DNA of 64,000 bases from Elusimicrobiota bacterium. GTDB lineage: Bacteria > Elusimicrobiota > Elusimicrobia > UBA1565 > UBA9628. The position numbers and the translations under genes were made by a program. How positions within the stretch are numbered: position 1 is the first letter of the stretch; each line of letters opens with the position of its first letter. Location: contig JAPLKL010000041.1 of the NCBI GenBank assembly GCA_026388095.1, forward strand, positions 36,016 through 100,015. Direction: 5' to 3'. The notes under the pieces are model-generated. The model saw only the letters and a program-made list of their open reading frames with translations, was not told the DNA's origin and searched no databases. Below are positions 54,964-64,000 of this stretch, in pieces.

Positions 54964-55062
54964 GGACTTGCCGCGTCGCAGACGCGGCAAGTCCGAGCGA
55001 GTCGCCATAGGCGACTCGCAACCGCCGCCCCCATAGGAGGGGGGCGGCGGTTCCGTCGGGGG
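54964..55062. repeat. Three consecutive perfect hairpins (REP-like cluster)
   Basis: Stems of 14 bp (54964-54994), 10 bp (54997-55019) and 13 bp (55020-55052); shares a motif with 6050-6117. Confidence 0.8.
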
Positions 55063-55077
55063 TGGTTAGACTTGCCC

Positions 55078-55431
55078 TTAGCTGGGCACGATGTCCGATT
55101 CCGTGATCGCGTTGGCCGGGCGGGCCATGGACAACTGGGTCTCTATGGCGTCGAGCTCCCGGAACTGGCGCCGGCGGAAGTCCACGATGCGGCTATTGAA
55201 ATCCGGAGCGTTCTGCTTCTCGGCCTCGAGCATGATGTCTTCGGCGCGGACGTTCTCCACGAGCCCGCCCTTGCCTGAGCAGCTCACCATGACGCGCTGC
55301 GAGATATCATTGAAGGCGTCCCACTCCTCGAAGATGGTCTCCAGGAGCACCTTCATCACGGCTCCCAGTCCGATGAGGCCGAAGGCCAAGGTGCTGATGA
55401 ACCTCACGTAGAGTTCCATGATCGTCTCCAC
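55078..55431 (-). CDS. Small hypothetical protein with N-terminal TM
   Basis: Genome-like codon usage, TAAAAT -10 upstream. Confidence 0.6.
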   Translation of the reverse strand: METIMELYVRFISTLAFGLIGLGAVMKVLLETIFEEWDAFNDISQRVMVSCSGKGGLVENVRAEDIMLEAEKQNAPDFNSRIVDFRRRQFRELDAIETQLSMARPANAITESDIVPS

Positions 55432-55464
55432 TTCTATTTTAGGCCGCGCCGGCCGCGATATGCA

Positions 55465-55525
55465 GGGCCCCTTGGGCCCCTACAATTGGACAAAGGTCCC
55501 AGGCGTTGATAGGCCTTTGGGCCCA
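55465..55525. promoter_or_regulatory. Three palindromic GGnC-N4-GnCCC boxes at 21-24 bp spacing
   Basis: GGGCCCCTTGGGCCCC, TTGGACAAAGGTCCCA, TAGGCCTTTGGGCCCA upstream of the TAAAAT -10. Confidence 0.5.
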
Positions 55526-56487
55526 GGAGCCCGCGAGCACAAAATCGAGGCCTGGTCGATGAACCCCAAGGACTTGGGCGAGAGGGTCTTGAGCGCGAGG
55601 TCTTCACGGAGCTGCATGAGGCTGCTGGCGCCCACGACCGCGGCGGCGATGCCGGGCCGGGAGAGCACCCAAGACAGGGCCGCGGCCGAAGGCGTCGTCG
55701 CCTCCTGCTTGGCCACGGTGATGAGCACCCGGACCACGCCGCCGTATCGTTTCTCGTCCAAGGGCGGGAAGGCCTTGGACGGATCCTGCCTGCGGCCCTT
55801 GGGACGTTGGCCCGGCTCAAGATACTTGCCGGTGAGGTAGCCGCCGGCCAAGGGGCTCCAAGCGATGACCGAGACTTTCTCGGCCCCGGCCACGGGCAGG
55901 ACGTCGCCGTCGGCTGAGCGCGCCACGAGACTGTACTCCACTTGATCGCATTCGCAACGCGGCCAAGCCTTGGCCGCGGAAGCGGCCAGGGCTTGGCGCC
56001 ACTGGGCGCCGGGGAAATTCGAGCAGCCCAGGACTTTGACCTTGCCGGCCTTGACCGCGGCGGCCAAGGCTCCCAAGGTCTCCTCCAACGGCACCCTGTT
56101 GTCCGGGGCATGGGGCATGTAGATGTCCAGATAGTCGGTCTTGAGGCGCTTGAGGCTGGCGTCGAGGGCGGCTCTGATGCGCCTCTTGGAAAGGCCTCCG
56201 GAGGCGGGGTTGTCCGGATCCATCTGCCAGCGGACCTTGGTCGCCAGGAGGACTCTCTGGCGCCTCTTGCCGAGGATGCGGCCGAGCATGGTCTCGGCCG
56301 CGCCGTAGCCGTAGATGTCCGCGGTGTCGATGAGGTTGACGCCGGAGTCGAGCGCGAAGTCGAGCAGGCTGCGCGCGGTCTTCTCATCTACGGGGGTGGA
56401 GCCCATCCAGTCCGAGCCCCAGCCCATGGTGCCCAAGGCCAGCACGCCGATTTCAAGACCCGAGCTGCCTAAAGCCCGCTTCTCCAT
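55480..56487 (-). CDS. Aldo/keto reductase
   Basis: LALGTM, IDTADIYG, LATKV, SLKRLKTDYLDIY, GCSNF, WSPLAGGYLTGKY. Confidence 0.95.
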   Translation of the reverse strand: MEKRALGSSGLEIGVLALGTMGWGSDWMGSTPVDEKTARSLLDFALDSGVNLIDTADIYGYGAAETMLGRILGKRRQRVLLATKVRWQMDPDNPASGGLSKRRIRAALDASLKRLKTDYLDIYMPHAPDNRVPLEETLGALAAAVKAGKVKVLGCSNFPGAQWRQALAASAAKAWPRCECDQVEYSLVARSADGDVLPVAGAEKVSVIAWSPLAGGYLTGKYLEPGQRPKGRRQDPSKAFPPLDEKRYGGVVRVLITVAKQEATTPSAAALSWVLSRPGIAAAVVGASSLMQLREDLALKTLSPKSLGFIDQASILCSRAPGPKGLSTPGTFVQL

Positions 56488-56515
56488 GCCCAAATCTTAT
56501 ATCTTTTTGGACTCC

Positions 56516-56535
56516 GAATTAAGTATGGTGTCCCC
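56516..56535. repeat. Solo arm of the 37356-37421 element
   Basis: gaattaagtatggtgtcccc, one mismatch to the reverse complement of 37356-37375. Confidence 0.75.
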
Positions 56536-56560
56536 GCATTCTTTTCTACAATATGGCCGG

Positions 56561-58120
56561 ATGAAAAAGCAGGACTGGCTAGCCCTGGCCGCCGTCCTCC
56601 TCCTGGGCCTGGGCCTGCGCGCTCCCATCGCGGGCATCTTCCTGGAGCGCGACGAGGGCGAATACGCCTACATCGCCCAACGCTGGCTCAAAGGCGAAGT
56701 CCCCTACCGGGACAGCTTCGACCAGAAGCCCCCGGGCGTCTTCGCCGCCTACGCCGCCATCGAGCGCCTGTCCAGCGGGAGTCCGGCGGCCATCCACTGG
56801 GGCGCGCAGCTCTACACGCTCCTGACCCTCTGCCTGGTCTTCCTCATCGGCCGCCGCCTCTTCGGCCCGGAGGCCGGCTGCGCGGCCGGAGCCTTGGCCG
56901 CCTTCATGACCGTGGACCACAGTCTCCTGGGCAACGCGGCCCACTGCGAACTCTTCATGCTCCTGCCTCTGGCCGCCGCTTTCCTGGCCGCGCTGCTGGC
57001 CGCGGAGCGCGACTCCTGGCGCTGGGCCCTGGTCAGCGGAGCCTGCGCGGGCGCAAGCCTGCTCTTCAAGCAGGTCGCCGCGACCGATGCCGCTTTCTAC
57101 CTGGTCTTCCTGCTCTGCGCCCCCCGCATCAGCCGCAAGGTCCTCACGGCCGCGGCCTTCGCCGCGGGAGCGGTCGCGGTCTGGATCCCGGTGGCGCTCT
57201 ACTTCGCGGCGACGGGCGCCTGGGCCCCGTTCTACGACTGCGTGCTGGGCTACAACCTCTCCTACGCCGGAGGCATCCCGCTCTCCGATTACGTAAGGAA
57301 CTTCTGGACCACCTTCTCGCGGACTCTCCCCGGCCTCCTGCCGATCTACCTCCTGGCCCTGGCCGGCGCCATCTGGCAGGCCGGGCCCGCGGCGCCCTGG
57401 GTCATCGGCTGGCTGGCCTGCTCTTTGCTGGGCGTCTGCGCCGGCGGCTTCTTCCGGGCGCACTACTACCAGCAGGCCGTCCCGGCCCTGGCCGTCCTGG
57501 CCGGCTCCGCGCTCTCGGGCTTGTCCCAGCGCTGGCGCCTGCCGCGTCCGGCGCCCTACGCGGCCGCGGCCGCGGTGCTCCTCTTCGGCGTGCTCAGCGC
57601 CGCATGGTACTATGGGCCGGGCTCGGCCGTGGTGAAATGCCGACGGCTCTACCAGGACAACCCCTTCCCCGAAGCCACGGGCGTGGCGCACGTCATCGAC
57701 GAGCGCACCACGGAACAGGACCGCATCTTCGTCTTCGGCTCCGAGCCGGAGATTCTCTACTATGCCAGCCGAAAGAGCGCCACGCGCTATATCTTCCTTT
57801 ATCCCCTCTTCCTGGCTTCCCCGGACGCGGCCGCGCGCCAGCAGGAGGTGCTCGCCGAGGTGCGCAGCGTCAAGCCCAAGACCATCGTCACGGTCTTCGT
57901 GCGCAAATCCTTCCTGCCGTCCAGCGCCTCTCCGCTGGAGATATTCGGGGAGGTCAAGAGCCTTCTGAAGGACTATCACATCCAGGCCGTGGTGCTGTCC
58001 AATCCCAAGAACCCGACCGAACTGTTCGTGGACCAGGCGGCGCGGAAGCTTTGGCAGAAGTACCCCATGTGGTACGACCGGCCGTTCTGGGGGACCTTGG
58101 CGGTCTGGGAACGCGACTGA
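56561..58120 (+). CDS. GT39/ArnT-like membrane glycosyltransferase
   Basis: ERDEGEYAYIA...PYRDSFDQKPPG, many TMs, LFKQ, HYY; start 8 nt after TACAAT. Confidence 0.85.
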   Translation: MKKQDWLALAAVLLLGLGLRAPIAGIFLERDEGEYAYIAQRWLKGEVPYRDSFDQKPPGVFAAYAAIERLSSGSPAAIHWGAQLYTLLTLCLVFLIGRRLFGPEAGCAAGALAAFMTVDHSLLGNAAHCELFMLLPLAAAFLAALLAAERDSWRWALVSGACAGASLLFKQVAATDAAFYLVFLLCAPRISRKVLTAAAFAAGAVAVWIPVALYFAATGAWAPFYDCVLGYNLSYAGGIPLSDYVRNFWTTFSRTLPGLLPIYLLALAGAIWQAGPAAPWVIGWLACSLLGVCAGGFFRAHYYQQAVPALAVLAGSALSGLSQRWRLPRPAPYAAAAAVLLFGVLSAAWYYGPGSAVVKCRRLYQDNPFPEATGVAHVIDERTTEQDRIFVFGSEPEILYYASRKSATRYIFLYPLFLASPDAAARQQEVLAEVRSVKPKTIVTVFVRKSFLPSSASPLEIFGEVKSLLKDYHIQAVVLSNPKNPTELFVDQAARKLWQKYPMWYDRPFWGTLAVWERD

Positions 58121-59721
58121 TGAGGAAGCCCGACCGCTGGGCGTTGGCCGTGGCCGCGGCCGTGTTCATCGCGTTCGTGTGCGTGCTCAGGCACCAGTTC
58201 GTGAGCTGGGACGACGACGGCTTCCTCTACCTCAACTTCCACTTCAGAGGCCTAGGCTGGACCCAGTTGCGCTGGATGTTCACGACCTTCCTAAAAGGTC
58301 CCTATCAGCCCATCGTTTGGATGAGCTACGCGCTGGACTATCTCCTCTGGGGAATGGACCCCGCCGGGTTCCATCTGACCAACCTGCTCTGGCACTGCGC
58401 CAACGCCGCCTTGCTCTTCGTGTTCTCCCGCAGGCTTTTCCAGGCCGCGGCGCCGGGGACCGCGGAGGCGCCCCGCTGCTGGGCCGCGGCCGGCGCGGCT
58501 CTGATCTTCGCCCTGCATCCCCTGCGCGTGGAGCCCGTGGCCTGGGCTGCGGCGCGGCGCGACCTCATGTGCGGTTTCTTCTTCCTCTGCGCATTGCTCT
58601 GCCACCTCAAGGGGCGCGAGGAGCCGGCCCGAGAGAGGTTCTGGCGCGGCGCCACCGTGGCCTGCTACTGCCTCTGCCTCCTGTCCAAAGCCATGGGCAT
58701 CGGCCTGCCCTTGGTCCTGGCCGTCCTGGATTCGACGATTCTTAGGCGGCGCGTGCGCTGGTCGGACCTGCTCCCTTACGCGGTCCCGGCCGCGCTGGCC
58801 GCTGCCCTGGCCTGGTACGGCCAGGCTGTGACCGGCGCGCTGGCCGCGGGCGCGGGCTTCGGGTGGCAACGGCGTCTCGCCCAGGCCTGCTACGGGCACG
58901 CCTTCTACTTGGTCCGGACCCTCTGGCCTTCGGGGCTGGCGCCCATGTACGGAACGGCCCTGAACATCGACCCGCTCGCCCCGAGGTTCTTGGCGAGCGC
59001 GGCTCTGGACTTGGCTGTGGCCGGCTCGGCCTTCGCCCTGCGCCGGCGCTGGCCGGCCCTGTGGGCGGCCTGGCTCTGCTACCTCTTGCTCCTGGCCCCG
59101 GTGCTGGGCGCGGTCAAGTTCGGCCTGCAGCTCGTGGCCGACCGCTACTCCTACCTGCCCTGCCTGTCTGTGAGCCTCCTGGCCGCGGCCGGGCTCCTGG
59201 AACTGGCTCGCCGCAGACCGGGCCAAGGGCGTCCGCTGATCCTCTGCGGCACGGCCTTGGTCTCTTTGCTCTGGGGCCTGTGCGCCCAGCAGCTCTACTA
59301 TTGGCGGGACTCGGAGACCCTCTACTTCCGCATACTCGACGTCGACCCCGGCCAAGCCATGGCCCGCAACAACCTGGGCTTGGTCTACGCAGGCCAGGGC
59401 CGCGGAGCGGATGCCGTGGAGCAGTTCCACTTGGCGCTCAAGCTGAGGCCGCGCTTCGCCGCCGCGCACAACAACCTGGGCTCCGCCATGCTCAAGCTGG
59501 GGCGCCTGCAGGAGGCCGAGGCCGAGTTCCGCGCGGCCATGGCCAGCGACCCGGGCCTGGCGGAGAGCTACAACAACATCGGCCTGCTCCTGGCTCATCG
59601 CAAGCGCTACGACGAGGCCCTGGCCATGTTCGACACCGCGCTGAGCCTCAACCCGGATTCCGGCCTGACCGCGCAGAACCGCGCGCTCTGCCTGCGCCAG
59701 AAGCAGGCCATGGCCCGCTGA
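58120..59721 (+). CDS. TMTC-like membrane glycosyltransferase with C-terminal TPRs
   Basis: FVSWDD, FHLTNLLWH, FALHPLRVEPVAW, ADRYSYLP, AHNNLG TPRs. Confidence 0.88.
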   Translation: MRKPDRWALAVAAAVFIAFVCVLRHQFVSWDDDGFLYLNFHFRGLGWTQLRWMFTTFLKGPYQPIVWMSYALDYLLWGMDPAGFHLTNLLWHCANAALLFVFSRRLFQAAAPGTAEAPRCWAAAGAALIFALHPLRVEPVAWAAARRDLMCGFFFLCALLCHLKGREEPARERFWRGATVACYCLCLLSKAMGIGLPLVLAVLDSTILRRRVRWSDLLPYAVPAALAAALAWYGQAVTGALAAGAGFGWQRRLAQACYGHAFYLVRTLWPSGLAPMYGTALNIDPLAPRFLASAALDLAVAGSAFALRRRWPALWAAWLCYLLLLAPVLGAVKFGLQLVADRYSYLPCLSVSLLAAAGLLELARRRPGQGRPLILCGTALVSLLWGLCAQQLYYWRDSETLYFRILDVDPGQAMARNNLGLVYAGQGRGADAVEQFHLALKLRPRFAAAHNNLGSAMLKLGRLQEAEAEFRAAMASDPGLAESYNNIGLLLAHRKRYDEALAMFDTALSLNPDSGLTAQNRALCLRQKQAMAR

Positions 59722-59728
59722 GCTTCCC

Positions 59729-61759
<2,031 letters not shown>

Positions 61760-61777
61760 TCAGGAGTGGCGCGCTCG

Positions 61778-62401
61778 CTATCGCCGAAGAGGCTGCGCCG
61801 CCGCAGTGGTGAACGGCCGGTCCTTGGTGAGCGGCAGGCGCCCGGTCAGGGCCGCGGCCGCGGTCAGCAGCGTGGGCAGGCAGGTGATGACGGCCAGCGC
61901 TTGCACATGCTCCTCGTCCATGGGCAGCCCGCAGAAGATCACGATGATGCTGACCAGGGCGTATGCGAAGAGGGCGTAACAGACGGCGGCAACGCCCTTG
62001 CGGATGAGGTTGGCGGTCTGGATCTGGGAGCCGATGAGGGAATGGTAGGCGAAGGCGGCGCGCGTCGCCTGGACGGCGCAGACCGCCACCAACAAAGAGG
62101 GCGTCAGAGCGGCCATGTTCCGCATGCCGGCTTCGGGCGAGGTCATCATGACGATGAAGAAGGAGCCTGATGCTTCCCAGAACAGGGCTATGGCTGCGGC
62201 GCGGCTGCGGTAGCGTCCCAGGCCGTAGCCGAGGAAGATGTGGGCCATCCCGCTGAAGAGCCCTGGGAATCCAAGGCAGCCAAGGATGAATTCCAGGGCG
62301 CCGATGAAGTAGCAGATGCCGGATGTGAGAGTCAGGATGGTTGCGGCCTGCTCGACTGAGCGGGGCGATGAGAAGTAGTCCTCCCAGGAACTTTCCTTCA
62401 T
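61778..62401 (-). CDS. Multi-TM hypothetical membrane protein
   Basis: Several hydrophobic helices; ATG 6 nt after TATAAT. Confidence 0.65.
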   Translation of the reverse strand: MKESSWEDYFSSPRSVEQAATILTLTSGICYFIGALEFILGCLGFPGLFSGMAHIFLGYGLGRYRSRAAAIALFWEASGSFFIVMMTSPEAGMRNMAALTPSLLVAVCAVQATRAAFAYHSLIGSQIQTANLIRKGVAAVCYALFAYALVSIIVIFCGLPMDEEHVQALAVITCLPTLLTAAAALTGRLPLTKDRPFTTAAAQPLRR

Positions 62402-62497
62402 GCAGGGATTATAGAGAGGTATCCACGATATTGCAATGGCCGGCGGGGTATGGGTACAATACCGCGGCTGTCAGGCAGCTGCCAGGAGGGTCCAATA

Positions 62498-63298
62498 ATG
62501 AAGAACTTCATCTGCGCCTCGGTCGCGCTGCTGTTGCAGGTTCCGGCCTCGGCGGCCGGCGCTGCCGGCTCGGCCAAGGCGGCGCGTCCGGCGTCGGATG
62601 CCGCCATTCTGCAGGAGGCTCGCAAGAATGTGGTGGCGGCCTTCGCCCGCATCGACTCCGCGCTCTCGCAGGCGGTGCCCAAGGTCTCCTCCGATCCCGC
62701 CGGGACGCTGGAAGGACTCTGCAAGACCCTCTCCGTCGCCAGCTGCGCGGTCATAGACAAGCAGGGGAAGATCACCGCGATGGCCCCGAAGGAGAACGAG
62801 CGCTTCGTGGGGATGGACATCTCGAAACAGGACCATGCGGCCAAGCTGCTCAAACACCACCAGCCGGTCATGGGGGACGTCTTCACCGCGCTTGAGGGTT
62901 ATTCGGGCGTGGGCATCTACCACCCCCTCTTCTCGGACAAAGGGCAGTTCTCCGGCGGCGTCGGAGTGCTGGTCAAGCCGGAAGAGCTGCTGGCAGGCGC
63001 GCTGACCCCGCTGGAGGGGAAGGACGGGCCGCAGTTCTCGGTGATCGATACCTACGGGAGGCTGCTCTATGACTCCGACAAGTCGCAAGTCGGCAAGATG
63101 CTTTTCAGCGATCCCCTCTACAGCCCGCATGAGGATCTGCTGGCGTTGGGCAGGCGCATCGTCGCCCGCACCAAGGGCAAAGGCGAGTACAAGTTCTTCA
63201 GAAATGGCAGCAAGGAACTGGTGACCAAGTCAGCGCTCTGGGACACCGCAGGTCTTCATGGAGCGCGCTGGCGGCTGGTGCTGGTGCAGCCGAAATAG
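62498..63298 (+). CDS. Exported Cache-domain protein
   Basis: AGGAGG RBS, signal peptide, GMDISKQDH...PVMGDVFTALEG...VIDTYGRLLYD. Confidence 0.75.
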   Translation: MKNFICASVALLLQVPASAAGAAGSAKAARPASDAAILQEARKNVVAAFARIDSALSQAVPKVSSDPAGTLEGLCKTLSVASCAVIDKQGKITAMAPKENERFVGMDISKQDHAAKLLKHHQPVMGDVFTALEGYSGVGIYHPLFSDKGQFSGGVGVLVKPEELLAGALTPLEGKDGPQFSVIDTYGRLLYDSDKSQVGKMLFSDPLYSPHEDLLALGRRIVARTKGKGEYKFFRNGSKELVTKSALWDTAGLHGARWRLVLVQPK

Positions 63299-63367
63299 CC
63301 TGTAAGCCGATCCACGGCCAAGCGTCCGGTCGTTTTGCTACCATCTCGGGCGTCACGCAGGAGGACC

Positions 63368-64000
63368 ATGTCCGATAACACCTTCATGCAGGTCACGCCC
63401 GAAGGGGCCCTGCGCCGCTGCTCCGGAGCCGCGGAGGCCCTGGCCGCACCGGGCGGCGGCTACGTCTGGCTCGACTACATCGACCCGTCGCGCGCCGACC
63501 TGGAGGCGCTGGTCTCCCCTCTGGGCATCCATCCCCTCTCGGTCGAGGACTGCCTGGACGAGCAGCAGATCCCCAAGATCGAGGACTTCCCCGGCAGCTC
63601 ATTCCTGCTCCTCAACACCTTCACTTTGGAGGAACGGCAGGCCCGCATCGACGAGGTGGATTTTATCATCGGGCCCCGCTTTTTGGTCAGCGTGAGCGGG
63701 CACACGGGCCACAGCCCGCGCTTCACGGAGGCCCTGGAGAGATCGCTGCGCCTGGACTCGGGCAGCATCCGCCAGGGACCGGACTTCCTCCTACACGTGC
63801 TGCTCGACTTCGTGGTGGACGGCAAGGCCAAGGCCATCGACGCCGTGCAGTCCGAGATCGAGTCAGCGGAGGAGACGATCCTCAAGAACCTCTCCGGGTT
63901 CAGCCTCGCCGGACTGGCGCGCCAGCGCCGACAGCTCCTGGCCCTGCGCAAGAGCCTGTTCCACGAGCGGGAGGTCCTGGTCAAGATCTGCCGGCGCGAC
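63368..64000 (+). CDS. corA: CorA-family Mg2+/Co2+ transporter, 5' part (runs off window edge)
   Basis: Read by eye: GGAGG RBS; VWLDYIDP...LGIHPLSVEDCLDEQQIPKIEDF...DFLLHVLLDFVVD. Confidence 0.9.
   Translation, partial: MSDNTFMQVTPEGALRRCSGAAEALAAPGGGYVWLDYIDPSRADLEALVSPLGIHPLSVEDCLDEQQIPKIEDFPGSSFLLLNTFTLEERQARIDEVDFIIGPRFLVSVSGHTGHSPRFTEALERSLRLDSGSIRQGPDFLLHVLLDFVVDGKAKAIDAVQSEIESAEETILKNLSGFSLAGLARQRRQLLALRKSLFHEREVLVKICRRD

Noticed and set aside
54964-55062. Hairpin cluster as tRNA or intrinsic terminator
   Set aside because: No cloverleaf, T-loop or CCA end, and no U-tract; kept as a repeat

Overview
High-GC chromosomal window from a diderm bacterium. The combination of PorV-family barrel, FlgD/CTD proteins and Tad pili suggests Elusimicrobiota or a related lineage (inference only). 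The left ~28 kb is one co-oriented minus-strand cluster: coiled-coil/propeller protein, giant multi-FlgD-Ig protein with T9SS-type C-terminal domain, PorV-family barrel, two Flp pilins, TadE, CpaB, minimal secretin, TadZ-TadA fusion, TadB with exported N-terminal domain, TadC, TPR protein, kinase-less sensor, five-gene two-component cassette (with a pseudo-receiver), DUF2332, TadG/TadE, an FtsH paralogue and Gly-rich membrane proteins. The rest holds five GT-C-type membrane glycosyltransferase-like genes, a 4x OB-fold-like protein and housekeeping genes (tsaD, ctpA, envC, ftsX, glgA, scpB, scpA, trpS, cca, mltB-like, uvrB, corA), with a VapBC module between cca and trpS. Non-coding signals: many apparently leaderless promoters, two small dispersed repeat families and a repeated DosR/NarL-like palindromic box. 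No rRNA, tRNA, CRISPR or transposase seen. All product calls are from motif recognition by eye, not database searches.
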